The notes under the pieces: generated by a model | What the model was told of the DNA's origin: nothing | Database searches by the model: none | Seen by the model: only the letters and a program-made list of their open reading frames with translations | Made by a program: the position numbers and the translations under genes | Assembly: GCA_022710715.1 (NCBI GenBank) | Contig: JAKLGJ010000003.1 | Location: 190,527 to 254,526, forward strand | Reading direction: 5' to 3' | DNA length: 64,000 nt | DNA from: Candidatus Omnitrophota bacterium | GTDB taxonomy: Bacteria > Omnitrophota > Gorgyraeia > Gygaellales > Profunditerraquicolaceae | Shown: one piece after another, positions 52,601 to 61,401 of the stretch | Layout: each line of letters starts with the position of its first letter | Position numbering within the stretch: the stretch's first letter is position 1

Positions 52601-53518
52601 GGTGATATCCCGGATGGATTCGATCGCGCCGATCTTATTGCCTTTGGCGTCATAGAGAATCGCGGCTTTTGCCCAGAGGATCCTCTTCCTTCCCTGCGGC
52701 CGGGAAAATTCGGTTTCGGCGATAAGCGTGCCGTTCTCCCGGCGCAGCATGGTATAGAATTTCTGCTCGATCATTTTGTGCTGGCGTAAAACCAGATCGA
52801 TCAGGATCGGCCGGCGCTGACCGTAGAAAAACAGGGCGTATTCGAAATTTCCTTTTCCCAGGATATCCTGGGCTTTGACGCCGGTCAACTCTTCGATAGC
52901 GTGATTCCAGGCGATCACCGTTCCTTTTCTATCTATGGCAAAGGTTGCGTCCGGCAGGAAATTGATGATGTCCAGCAGGCGTTGCTGGGAAGACCTTACC
53001 GCCGACGCGGCTTTGCGGTGCGCGGAAACATCGGTGCCCACCCCGAAAAAATAATCAAATTCGCCGTCAGCGCGGAATACCGGGCTGAACTGCCATTCCA
53101 CGTCTATCAGTGCGCCTTTTCGGGGTTGAAGGCTGCAGGCGAGTTGATACGGACGCCGGGAACGCAGCGACTCTTTGAAGTTTCGCAGGAAATCCGGGCG
53201 TTTTTCAGCGGGAACAAATGTGTCGACGAAAGGTTTGCCCAGGGCCTGCTTGCGGCTGCAGCCCAGCGCTTTCAGCAGCATATCGTTCATCATCGCCACC
53301 GCGCCGGCGTGGTCGAGCACGAAAAAGAGAACCGGGAAAGCCCGGACCAGGCTGCGGGAAAAGTCGCGTTCCTTGATCAGCTGTGTTATAGCAAGTTTAT
53401 GGTCGGCTTCGAGCTTCTCCAGCTCAAAGAGACGGCGATGCAGCAGTTTTAATTCGCGGATAAGCGTCCTGTCTGAAGGCGGTGAGGATGGATTGGCTGG
53501 GGGGATATGTTCGGGCAT
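49676..53518 (-). CDS. 1280-aa cytoplasmic multi-PAS (>=7 PAS/PAC) sensor histidine kinase of the HisKA_2/HWE type.
   Basis: Repeated PAS cores (SE.RYR...E..DI.W); HisKA_2 H-box EINHRVKNNLQVVSSLINLQ; HATPase_c_2. Confidence 0.85.
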   Translation of the reverse strand: MPEHIPPANPSSPPSDRTLIRELKLLHRRLFELEKLEADHKLAITQLIKERDFSRSLVRAFPVLFFVLDHAGAVAMMNDMLLKALGCSRKQALGKPFVDTFVPAEKRPDFLRNFKESLRSRRPYQLACSLQPRKGALIDVEWQFSPVFRADGEFDYFFGVGTDVSAHRKAASAVRSSQQRLLDIINFLPDATFAIDRKGTVIAWNHAIEELTGVKAQDILGKGNFEYALFFYGQRRPILIDLVLRQHKMIEQKFYTMLRRENGTLIAETEFSRPQGRKRILWAKAAILYDAKGNKIGAIESIRDITESKTEHRILEESERKYRFLAENIRDIVWVMDTRLRHTFVSPAVTTLLGYSVEEAMNTDFKDVITPATYAYLRKRLKEIREQHSRQRGKASQYYTEELQVRHKNGSLRWLEARFCLLSDPRGRMVALQGISRDITERKNIETALRESEERYRRIVETANEGIWGMNEEYITTFVNQKMADMLGLVPEEMVGKPFADFVAPEDLDDHREKIALSVQGEDARFERRFRHKDGSVRWMLVSATPLRNAAGGFGGAFAMFTDITGRKRMEELVQAQHRKFEMLSEQSPLGIMMLTLAGKLSYVNNRFTEITGYSLEDLPDGATWFKRAFPDEPARKQVVAEWISDTRTMRPGMKHVRVFPIVCREGSQKIVSFHTVALEDGGWLVYCEDITALKIAEEALRESEERFRALAEESPIAIYLTDQNGDCLYVNRCWSEMSGLTFEQSLGKGWLEGVHPDDRALIDKEWPRLVASEGKWGLECRFCSPEGKVTFVLGYAVSWRDPDGSVKGYIGTNIDITERKRAEAALRLSEEKFSKAFHSSADGMTISSLETGRIIETNEATEKIFGYSRSEAIGKTSVELGIWVDDQDRKRLLQALDSAAAHMRILQRRKSGESFVASVSAERIVIDGEACLLATVRDVTEMELAQQALRERENKLNSIFRAAPIGIGLVVNRVIQQVNDCFCKMTGYAAGELTGREARMLYPAQEDYEFVGRVKYDQIRKTGMGTVETRWLRKDGVVINVLLSSVPLDQSDWSKGMIFTALDISERVRIQESMTAALKEKEILLKEINHRVKNNLQVVSSLINLQSKSLKDPDDRVMFKDCQSRIKSMVLIHERLYYLKSLTKIDFTKYIHDLAAGLFASYVVDTKKIKFRINVVDNITLTVNHAIPCGLIVNELVSNALKHAFSDSRQGEICIDFRQEPDTTYTLSIEDNGKGLPAGMDVYRTPSLGLQIVLTLVEQLNGTFEVLRNKGTLFKIRFK

Positions 53519-53655
53519 AGGTTAACAAAAAAAGCAACTCTCCTCCATGAGTAGTTGCCTGACCCTTACGTTGTTGTTCCAAAATGCTCAAGTGTGTTTA
53601 TTATATCACCGCGCGCACGCATCGCCAAGCACTATCTCGATGCCGGCGCGGGCGC

Positions 53656-53686
53656 AAAAAAAAGCAGCGGATATACACCTGCTATC
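53656..53686 (-). terminator. Candidate intrinsic terminator after flgM: short GC stem followed by an 8-T tract on the minus strand.
   Basis: AGCAGG...CCGCTGC TTTTTTTT. Confidence 0.3.
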
Positions 53687-53730
53687 CCCTGCCGGTTACA
53701 TGAAACAAATCAGCCGCGAGCGTGTACCGT

Positions 53731-54054
53731 CTACGGCTCTCCCAGTTCTTCCAACAGCTTTTCTGCAGTCCTGTCCGCGACTTCCGGATTGAGATACTCT
53801 CCCTGATCGATCTTCGCCCGGGCTTCTTCGACTTTCTTGAGATCGACATCAGGCATGTTCTTGACTATGTGCGTATAGCGTGCGACTTCTGCCGCGGATA
53901 AGCCTTCTTTGGAAAGCATGAGTTTGTCCTTAGCTGGCGTTTCTTTTTTTTGGGCTGCCTCAATGCTGTTCTTTGCAGAATCTATAGATGCATGCGCTCC
54001 TGGTTTGACCCGGCGCGACTGGTCTATTCCCTGCGGATTTATCTTGTGTATCAT
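53731..54054 (-). CDS. flgM: Anti-sigma-28 factor FlgM.
   Basis: C-terminal DLKKVEEARAKIDQGEYLNPEVADRTAEKLL FlgM signature; RBS GGAGGA. Confidence 0.75.
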   Translation of the reverse strand: MIHKINPQGIDQSRRVKPGAHASIDSAKNSIEAAQKKETPAKDKLMLSKEGLSAAEVARYTHIVKNMPDVDLKKVEEARAKIDQGEYLNPEVADRTAEKLLEELGEP

Positions 54055-54073
54055 CTTTCTTCCTCCATTTTCA

Positions 54074-54100
54074 GTTACGGCACATTTCGCTGAAACTTTA
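54074..54100 (-). promoter_or_regulatory. Sigma28 (FliA) promoter: TAAAGTTT, 11-nt spacer, GCCGTAAC (consensus TAAAGTTT-N11-GCCGATAA).
   Basis: Read on the minus strand 20 nt upstream of the flgM ATG. Confidence 0.7.
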
Positions 54101-54237
54101 GCACTTTATTGCAATTTTTACTTAATAAGTTAAAGTGTAACTTAATTATTCTCAATATGATATGTACATGCCCCTGCCCTGGCATGGCTTTATCTCTGCC
54201 AACAATTACCACCCGGCTGCAGCTAATTTTTTTTCGA

Positions 54238-54888
54238 TCATTGCTGCTTTTGCGACGCCAGAACGATGTCTTTCAGATAAATCTCGGTTTCCTGACCGGC
54301 AGGCGGCTCTGACGTCAGTTTGACGAAAACAATGGCGTTGCCGTCGACTCCATCCTTGAGAATGTCCTTATCCAGGACGATCTCTTTCCAGTCTTTACCC
54401 AGGTTCACGGAAACCATTTCCACCTTGTGCGTGGTCCAGCGGTGGATATCGGTAACCCCGACCTTCAAGACCTCATCCCCGACCTTGCCCTTCGCCTGAA
54501 GAACGAGTTTATTGTCGCGCAGACTGACCGGATCGGCAAAATTGATCTGTATTCCCACCCAGCCCAGCTGATTTACCGGCAGGACTATTTCATTGGAGCC
54601 GGTAACCCGGGTGTTGTCCCGGGCGTCGCCGAAAAACTCGAACCCGGATATGGAACCGATCACTGCCGCCTCCTGCTCGTTGGTCTGCGTCACCAGTTTC
54701 TTCATTAACGTGGGGGTGATGCGATTCTTCTGGCGCATGGACAGAGAGATCCTGGCCTTGGCCGGCGGATTAAGGATAATATAGGTTAACGGCAGAATAA
54801 CCACTACCAGAGAAGTCAAAGCGATGAACCCGGCGAGTTTCCATTTATCCATTACGCGTAAATCCTCCCATCCCATTGCCGCACTCAT
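54238..54888 (-). CDS. Hypothetical N-terminally membrane-anchored protein.
   Basis: One TM helix then a soluble beta-rich domain; ATGA overlap with the upstream small ORF. Confidence 0.4.
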   Translation of the reverse strand: MSAAMGWEDLRVMDKWKLAGFIALTSLVVVILPLTYIILNPPAKARISLSMRQKNRITPTLMKKLVTQTNEQEAAVIGSISGFEFFGDARDNTRVTGSNEIVLPVNQLGWVGIQINFADPVSLRDNKLVLQAKGKVGDEVLKVGVTDIHRWTTHKVEMVSVNLGKDWKEIVLDKDILKDGVDGNAIVFVKLTSEPPAGQETEIYLKDIVLASQKQQ

Positions 54889-55079
54889 ACCTTATCCCCC
54901 AGCAGATGGTCAATTTCTTCTTTGGTTAACGCGCTGTCATATACCGGCTGCCTGCGCGCTGGCCTCCTCTGCTGACGGCGGTCGATTTCGGGAATTTCTT
55001 CTTTCTTGTAACCGAACAGACCGGGGAACTCGTTCTGCATATCCTCCGCGGTGAAAAAGTGCGAACTCTCCGACCACAT
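54885..55079 (-). CDS. Hypothetical 64-aa acidic/basic protein.
   Basis: Operonic between the XRE-cupin gene and the anchored protein. Confidence 0.3.
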   Translation of the reverse strand: MWSESSHFFTAEDMQNEFPGLFGYKKEEIPEIDRRQQRRPARRQPVYDSALTKEEIDHLLGDKV

Positions 55080-55100
55080 ACTTGCCCTCCTTTGTGGAGC

Positions 55101-55649
55101 TTACGTTTTAGCCCTTAACAATATCCACAAAAAACTGATCTCTTCGTCGCCCAAATTCTTGATGTATTGAAATCGCGGCTTGATCAGATACATGCTGTCT
55201 CCAGGCTCAAGCTCGAATGTTTTATCATTGACCGCAACGCCGGTTTTCCCGCGCACCGGTACGCCCAGCATCTCATCCGCTTCGGGACAATTCTCGCAGG
55301 CGATCGTCTCGGCTTTCTTCAGACGCATGAGAACCGGCAGCATCTTGATATTCAAAACGCTTGACGCCAGCATCTCATAATTCGGCAGCGCATCCGCGGC
55401 GAAAACTTTATTTTTATCCTGACGCTTGAGAAAAACGAATTCCCGGGGTTCTTCTTTCTGAAAAAAATAACCCACCGCCGTTTCCAGCGCTGCGGCGATT
55501 TTGGACAGGGATTCGACTGACGGCGATGACATGCCGTTTTCAAGCTGCGAGAGAAAACTGGCGGTAAGATTGGTTTTGGCGGCAAGTTCTTTGAGCGGGA
55601 TGTTCTTGGTCTGTCGGAGATGCCGAATTCTGCGGCCTATATCTTTCAT
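55101..55649 (-). CDS. XRE-family HTH plus cupin-domain transcriptional regulator.
   Basis: N-terminal IRHLRQTKNIPLKELAAKTNLTASFLSQLENG HTH; C-terminal cupin. Confidence 0.75.
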   Translation of the reverse strand: MKDIGRRIRHLRQTKNIPLKELAAKTNLTASFLSQLENGMSSPSVESLSKIAAALETAVGYFFQKEEPREFVFLKRQDKNKVFAADALPNYEMLASSVLNIKMLPVLMRLKKAETIACENCPEADEMLGVPVRGKTGVAVNDKTFELEPGDSMYLIKPRFQYIKNLGDEEISFLWILLRAKT

Positions 55650-55792
55650 ACGCGACTTTTCCTTACAGCGCTATGGTCATTGCTGTCATGGGAATAGCTA
55701 TGAAAAAACTACAAAAAAACTACCCAGGCTTAGTTGTGCTGGCACCACCCACCGCAACAGCTTGTGTAGTTGAGTCTAATTAAACTTAGTTA

Positions 55793-55821
55793 ATTTTAAC
55801 TACATTATCAGAAATTGTCAA
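55793..55821 (-). promoter_or_regulatory. Sigma70 promoter: TTGACA, 17 bp spacer, TAAAAT on the minus strand, about 135 nt upstream of the XRE-cupin gene.
   Basis: Perfect -35 and 5/6 -10 with canonical spacing. Confidence 0.45.
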
Positions 55822-55868
55822 TACTTATTGCAAATAATATTGTTAGGACGTTAAGCGCCGATCCGGGC

Positions 55869-56390
55869 TTACGGCAGACCGAAACGGCAACCGCAATAAT
55901 GCTGGCGGTAAAGCTGGTGGGCTTTGGCGAAATCGATAGTCTTCTTGAATCCGTCTTTCTTCTTGAAATTATATTCTTTATAGGCCGCGGGATCGATCTC
56001 CTTTCCCAGAGCATTGATCAACTCCGCGTCTTTATGCGGACTGATGGAAAGGGTGGTAGCAATCTGCATGATTCCCATTTCCTGCGCTTTGCGGCTGGTC
56101 GCGCGCAGACGCAGGGCGAAACAAACGCTGCAGCGCCTGCCCCCTTCCGGTTCGCCCTCCAATCCGGTAACCGCAGTATCCCAGGAATCAGAATCATACT
56201 CGCCCTCGACAAGCGCGATCCCGAAGGTAGCGGCTACCTGTCGCGCCACCGCCAATCGCCTTTCGTATTCCTCTCGGGGATAAATGTTGGGATTGTAGAA
56301 ATAACCGACCACCTCCATCCCCTCTTCCTGCAGCGTTTGTATCGCGGCGCTGGAACAGATACCGCAGCAAATATGCAAAAGTATTTTCAT
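55869..56390 (-). CDS. queH: Epoxyqueuosine reductase QueH (DUF208).
   Basis: ILLHICCGICS...YFYNPNIYPREEY...HYCGC conserved Cys pattern. Confidence 0.7.
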   Translation of the reverse strand: MKILLHICCGICSSAAIQTLQEEGMEVVGYFYNPNIYPREEYERRLAVARQVAATFGIALVEGEYDSDSWDTAVTGLEGEPEGGRRCSVCFALRLRATSRKAQEMGIMQIATTLSISPHKDAELINALGKEIDPAAYKEYNFKKKDGFKKTIDFAKAHQLYRQHYCGCRFGLP

Positions 56391-56399
56391 CCGCTCTCC

Positions 56400-57158
56400 T
56401 TAAAAAGACACGGTCATGCCGTCGCGCGCCGCGACGACATCCAGATTCAATTCCCGCGCCAGCTGCTGCGACAGCAACTCCGGTTTCGCCTTAAGCATGG
56501 TCATCCCGAAATGAGTCAGAATCGTCTTCCGGGGCCGCAACTCTCCGAGCAGGATTTTTACTTCCTCGATGCTCAAATGATCCACCCCGGGCCGGGGATG
56601 CAGAAGGATCACGTTGATAATCAGGATATCCGTCCGGTAAAACGAGGTCAATTCCGGGAAGAAGCGGGTATCGGTCATCAATCCGACCGTGCTGTTCCCC
56701 AGGGTAAATTTCAAACCGTAGGTCTGCGCCGGATGGACATGCGGCATGGAGGTTTCGAAAACGAAAGCGCCGATGCGGAATTGCCCGCGGGGTTTGAGTA
56801 TTTCGATTTTTTCGGGGAACGGACGCAGATACTGAAAAATGACCGGATCGCCGTCCAGCGCGTCCTGCGGCGCACAAACCACGCCCCGCTTCTTGAACCC
56901 GCCTTCGGTCATGGCCTCGATGATGACATTGACGTCGTTGGCATGATCGATATGGCGGTGCGTCAGGATGACGCCGTCGAGCGCTTCGGGATTGAGTTTC
57001 GGCCGGCTCTTGATGCAGCGCACCAGACTGCCCGGCCCGGGATCAACCAGCACCTGTGTACCGGCGCAGGAAATCCATAAGCCGCCGGACTGGCGCAACT
57101 GCTTGATCATCACGAATCGCGCTCCGGCAGTGCCGAGAAATTTTATAAAATCAGCCAT
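56400..57158 (-). CDS. MBL-fold metallo-hydrolase.
   Basis: THRHIDHANDV motif. Start trimmed to MADFIKF, because the track N-terminus runs into the palindrome. Confidence 0.7.
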   Translation of the reverse strand: MADFIKFLGTAGARFVMIKQLRQSGGLWISCAGTQVLVDPGPGSLVRCIKSRPKLNPEALDGVILTHRHIDHANDVNVIIEAMTEGGFKKRGVVCAPQDALDGDPVIFQYLRPFPEKIEILKPRGQFRIGAFVFETSMPHVHPAQTYGLKFTLGNSTVGLMTDTRFFPELTSFYRTDILIINVILLHPRPGVDHLSIEEVKILLGELRPRKTILTHFGMTMLKAKPELLSQQLARELNLDVVAARDGMTVSF

Positions 57159-57167
57159 AGGTTTGAT

Positions 57168-57227
57168 GGGGACGTTCCCCAAGGTACCACCCCTGTAACC
57201 AGGGGTGGTACCTTGGGGAACGTCCCC
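57168..57227. repeat. Perfect 28-bp inverted repeat (GGGGACGTTCCCCAAGGTACCACCCCTG, loop TAAC) between the NYN gene stop and the MBL gene start.
   Basis: Both arms are exact reverse complements. Shares GGGGAC and CCACCCC cores with the REP-like family. The T-tract lies only on the plus strand. Confidence 0.8.
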
Positions 57228-57710
57228 TTATTTTAGCCAGAGAGAGCGCAATTCCCTGTTGATCGCCAGCATCGAACTCTGGCTGATCTCCGCTTTACCG
57301 GCATCCTTGCCGGCAGAGCCGGCCGCGCGCTTGTGCGCCACTGCCGCGAATTCCGCAACCTTCAGGACCTGCGTGCCGGCGGACCGGGCAAAAAAACGGA
57401 CTTCATTATCGTCGGAAACGACCAGCACCGTTTTGGGATGAGCCGCCGATTCCACCAGCCGCTTGATCCTCTCGTCCGCGCTCTCTTCGCGCGAGAAGAG
57501 GATCTCCAGAGCCGGATCTTCGATGTGCGCGCTGCCGGCGGCGGGAAACCCGTCGAAAACGATGGTGATTTTGTTCTTCCGGCTGCCGCAGAGATGCCGC
57601 TCCCGGATGCAATGGACCAGCGCCCGGGGTTTATCCGCGCCTTTGAGCACTCCTTCAAACACCCGGTGCCGGACGAGATTGTACCCGTCTATGATGTAAT
57701 GTAAAGACAT
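57228..57710 (-). CDS. NYN-domain (YacP-like) putative RNase.
   Basis: MSLHYIIDGYNLV...TIVFDG...VVSDD motifs. Confidence 0.55.
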   Translation of the reverse strand: MSLHYIIDGYNLVRHRVFEGVLKGADKPRALVHCIRERHLCGSRKNKITIVFDGFPAAGSAHIEDPALEILFSREESADERIKRLVESAAHPKTVLVVSDDNEVRFFARSAGTQVLKVAEFAAVAHKRAAGSAGKDAGKAEISQSSMLAINRELRSLWLK

Positions 57711-58635
57711 ACGTGATGCCCCCGACAGCCGCCAGCACGAGCATAATAAAAAACCCGAGCAGCGACATGGCAAAAGCGGCGTTTCTACCCAGGCCCGCCT
57801 GGGCGAAAAAGTAAACCGTTAACGCGTCCCGCAAACCCAGTCCGCCGATGGAAATGGGCAGCATGGTCACCGCGCCGATGATCGGAACGAATACAAAAAA
57901 ATAGATCAACCCGATATCGAAACCCAGCGATCTGCAGAGCAGGTAACTCGTAAGCGGGGAAAGCAACTGCACGCCCAGAGAGATCAGCAGGCTTAGCCCC
58001 ACCGCTTTCTTCTTGTGGCGGAAAATATGCGTATGGGTATGGATGCTGCCGAGGGTCGCGCGCAGCGAACCGGTGACCGGGGAAGCAAGCATGGCGTTGA
58101 TCTTACGGTAGAAATACGAATTGAACAGCACCAGCAGCAGGCCGGCTAACACCGCGGCGATCACCGCGACGCTGACATACACGCTGCGTTCGGTAATCAT
58201 CGAGGTCCCGGCGATCAGGGAGAGTATCGACACGATAACCAGCCCGCCGTAACCGCTCAATCGATCGACCAGCGCGCTGGCGACCACTTCCGGGGTCCTG
58301 CGGGTGGAAGCGGCCAGGTCAAAACTGCGCACCACATCTCCCCCGATCGACGAAGGCAGGAAGATATTAAAAAAAATACCGCCGGCATACGGCGGTATTA
58401 ATTGCTTGAGCCCCAGATCGATCCCCGCGGCTTTCAACAATGTCTTCCAGCGCAGGAAACAGAGCATATAGACAACGACATACAGGCCGGCTGCTCCGGC
58501 AAAAAGCAGCTTGTCGGCCCTGCGCATCAAGCCCAGGAGACTGCGCAGATCGACCTGCCGCAACAAAAAAATCAGCAACGCGAGGCTGATCACCACCCTC
58601 GTCAGGAGTATCCCTGCTTTCTTGAGGGTTTCCAT
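57655..58635 (-). CDS. Flippase-like / lysylphosphatidylglycerol-synthase-TM-region (UPF0104) membrane protein.
   Basis: 8 TM helices; LSPLTSYLL region typical of the family. Confidence 0.5.
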   Translation of the reverse strand: METLKKAGILLTRVVISLALLIFLLRQVDLRSLLGLMRRADKLLFAGAAGLYVVVYMLCFLRWKTLLKAAGIDLGLKQLIPPYAGGIFFNIFLPSSIGGDVVRSFDLAASTRRTPEVVASALVDRLSGYGGLVIVSILSLIAGTSMITERSVYVSVAVIAAVLAGLLLVLFNSYFYRKINAMLASPVTGSLRATLGSIHTHTHIFRHKKKAVGLSLLISLGVQLLSPLTSYLLCRSLGFDIGLIYFFVFVPIIGAVTMLPISIGGLGLRDALTVYFFAQAGLGRNAAFAMSLLGFFIMLVLAAVGGITYVFTLHHRRVQSRPAPGV

Positions 58636-58670
58636 GCGCCCTCCCCCCGACGAGCGCCTCCCCGACCGGC

Positions 58671-59570
58671 TCATCGATCGGAGAGTTCTTTGCCGGTCAA
58701 TTGTCTGTACGCCTCGAGGTATTTCAAGGTGGTCTTGCGGATGATATCCTGCGGCAACGAGGGCGCGGGCGGCGTCTTATTCCAGTCCAGCCCCTCCAGG
58801 TAATCCCGCACAAACTGCTTATCGAAACTGGGCTGGCCCTTCCCGGGCGCATACTGCGCCGCGGGCCAGAAACGCGATGAATCCGGCGTCAGGACTTCGT
58901 CGATCAGGATGATCGCGCCGTCTTTTTCGCCGAATTCGAATTTCGTATCCGCGATGATAATACCGTGCGTCAGCGCGTAATCGCGGGCCGTGGAATACAG
59001 AGCGATGCTGGTCTGCCGGAGAAAATCCGCGGTTTTCTTGCCGACGGTCTTTTCAACATACGACTGGTTTACATTGATATCGTGGCCCTTTTCCTCTTTG
59101 GTCGAAGGCGTAAACAGCACCTCCGGCAAACGCGCGGATTCGGTCAGCCCCGCCGGCAAAGCGATGCCGCATACCGACTGACTGGCGCGATATTCCTTCC
59201 AGCCGGAACCGGAAAGATATCCCCTGACCACGCATTCAACCGGCAGAGGCCTGGTTTTCTTTACCAGCATTGAACGGCCGGAAAGCTGATCTTTGTATTT
59301 CTTCGCCGCCGCGGGAAATTCCTTGACGTCGGCAGTGATAAAATGATTGGGCACCACCCCGGCGAGCAGGTCGAACCAGAAACAGGACATCGCGGTCAGG
59401 ACTTTTCCCTTGGAAGGAATACCGCTGGGCAACACCACGTCGAAACAGGAGATGCGGTCCGTAGAGACCACCAGCAGCGTATCGCCCAGATCGTAGACAT
59501 CCCTGACCTTTCCCCGCCTGAACAGCTTGATATCCGTAAACCGCGTTTCCAGCAGCACTTCTTCGCTCAT
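58671..59570 (-). CDS. purC: Phosphoribosylaminoimidazole-succinocarboxamide synthase.
   Basis: GKVRDVYD...[15 protein letters not shown] synthetase motifs. Confidence 0.9.
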   Translation of the reverse strand: MSEEVLLETRFTDIKLFRRGKVRDVYDLGDTLLVVSTDRISCFDVVLPSGIPSKGKVLTAMSCFWFDLLAGVVPNHFITADVKEFPAAAKKYKDQLSGRSMLVKKTRPLPVECVVRGYLSGSGWKEYRASQSVCGIALPAGLTESARLPEVLFTPSTKEEKGHDINVNQSYVEKTVGKKTADFLRQTSIALYSTARDYALTHGIIIADTKFEFGEKDGAIILIDEVLTPDSSRFWPAAQYAPGKGQPSFDKQFVRDYLEGLDWNKTPPAPSLPQDIIRKTTLKYLEAYRQLTGKELSDR

Positions 59571-59579
59571 CGTTCCTCC

Positions 59580-61388
59580 CTACACCGGCCTGTTCAAACG
59601 CATGCGCAGGCCTTCGAATTCATCCCACAATTCCTGCGGGAAATCGTTCTTGAACTCCTTGAAGAATTTCTTCACCCTTTCCAGCTCTTCCAGCCAGGCT
59701 TTACGATCGACCATCAGCAGTTTTTCCAGCGATTCTCTGGGCAGGTTCAAACCGGTCAGATCGATGTCTTCGATCTTGGGGATATAACCGATCGGAGAAG
59801 GCAACGCCTGCAGCTTATTCTCGCAGCGGGCGACGATCCACTCCAGCACGCGCAGATTTTCCCGGTACCCCGGCCAGAGGAATTTCCCCTTTTCGTCGAT
59901 CCGGAACCAGTTCACGTGAAAGATCCGGGGAGCCGCAGCCATCCGGTAGCCCATGTTCAGCCAGTGCTTGAAATACGTCGCCATATTGTACCCGCAAAAC
60001 GGAAGCATGGCCATGGGATCGCGGCGCACCTCGCCCTGTTTGCCGTACTGCGCGGCGGTGCGTTCCGAAGCCATGGTCGCGCCGACAAACACGCCGTGGC
60101 GCCAGTTGAACGATTCATAGACCAGCGGAGCGAGATGCGCGCGGCGACCGCCGAAGATGATCGCGGATATCGGCACGCCGTGGTGCTGCTCCAGCCGGAA
60201 CGATGCCGAAGGGCACTGGTTGATCGGCGCGGTGAAACGGCTGTTGGGATGCGCTCCCAGAATCGGCTTCCCCTGACCGTCGAGCATTCCCGGTTTCCAA
60301 GGTTTTCCCTGCCAATCAATGCCGCGGCTGGGAACTTCTCCGTCTGCGCCTTCCCACCACAGCGTTCCATCCGGCTTGAGCAGGACATTGGTAAAAATGG
60401 TGTTCTTTCTGATCGTTTCGACCATGGTGGGATTGGTATGCGAATTGGTCCCCGGAGCCACGCCGAAGAATCCCGATTCCGGATTAATCGCCCAGAGCGC
60501 TCCGTCCGAATCCACCCGCATCCAGGCGATGTCGTCGCCGACGGTCCAGATACGGTAACCTTTGCGCTTTAACCCTTCGGGCGGAAGCAGCATCGCCAGG
60601 TTCGTTTTACCGCAGGCGCTGGGAAACGCGGCGGCGATATAGGTGATCCGACCGTTAGGCTCTTCGATGCCCATGATCAGCATATGCTCGGCGAACCATT
60701 TCTCCTTGAGCCCCATAAAACTGGCAATGCGCAAAGCCAGGCATTTTTTTCCCAGCAGGACGTTACCGCCGTAACCGGATCCCACGCTCCAGATAGTATT
60801 ATCCTGGGGAAAATGCAGGATCAACCGCTTGTTCACATCCAGATCGGCCAGCGAATGCAGGCAGCGGGTAAAATCCGCGCCTTTATCCAGTAATGCCGTC
60901 ACCGCAGCGCCGGCGCGGGTCATGATGAGCATATTCAACACGACATACCGGGAATCCGTCAGTTCCACGCCGATCTTGCTGAATGTCGAGCCCACCGGTC
61001 CCATGGAAAAAGGAATGACATACATCGTCCGTCCCCGCATGGCCCCTTTGAAGATCGCGCGCGCTTTCTGATATCCGGCGCGCGGAGCCATCCAGTTGTT
61101 ATTCGGCCCGGCCTCTTTTTTCGTGCGGCTGCAGATATAGGTCAAGTGTTCCGTGCGGGCCACATCGTTGGCGTTGGTCCGGTGCAGAAAACTGCCCGGC
61201 ATTTTTTCTTCATTCAGAGGGATCAGCTCTCCCGCGGTCACCGCTTCTTTTTCCAGACGCTGCTTTTGCTCGGCCGAGCCGTCAATCCAGACAATATCGT
61301 CGGGCTGGCACATATCGGCCATTTTTTTGACCCACGCTTTCAGATGCTTGTTGTGGGTGGGGAATTTCTTGACGTTGTACGTGTGCAT
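59580..61388 (-). CDS. pckG: Phosphoenolpyruvate carboxykinase (GTP).
   Basis: Length and P-loop/kinase motifs of PEPCK-GTP. Confidence 0.9.
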   Translation of the reverse strand: MHTYNVKKFPTHNKHLKAWVKKMADMCQPDDIVWIDGSAEQKQRLEKEAVTAGELIPLNEEKMPGSFLHRTNANDVARTEHLTYICSRTKKEAGPNNNWMAPRAGYQKARAIFKGAMRGRTMYVIPFSMGPVGSTFSKIGVELTDSRYVVLNMLIMTRAGAAVTALLDKGADFTRCLHSLADLDVNKRLILHFPQDNTIWSVGSGYGGNVLLGKKCLALRIASFMGLKEKWFAEHMLIMGIEEPNGRITYIAAAFPSACGKTNLAMLLPPEGLKRKGYRIWTVGDDIAWMRVDSDGALWAINPESGFFGVAPGTNSHTNPTMVETIRKNTIFTNVLLKPDGTLWWEGADGEVPSRGIDWQGKPWKPGMLDGQGKPILGAHPNSRFTAPINQCPSASFRLEQHHGVPISAIIFGGRRAHLAPLVYESFNWRHGVFVGATMASERTAAQYGKQGEVRRDPMAMLPFCGYNMATYFKHWLNMGYRMAAAPRIFHVNWFRIDEKGKFLWPGYRENLRVLEWIVARCENKLQALPSPIGYIPKIEDIDLTGLNLPRESLEKLLMVDRKAWLEELERVKKFFKEFKNDFPQELWDEFEGLRMRLNRPV

Positions 61389-61401
61389 GTCGCTACCTTC
61401 C

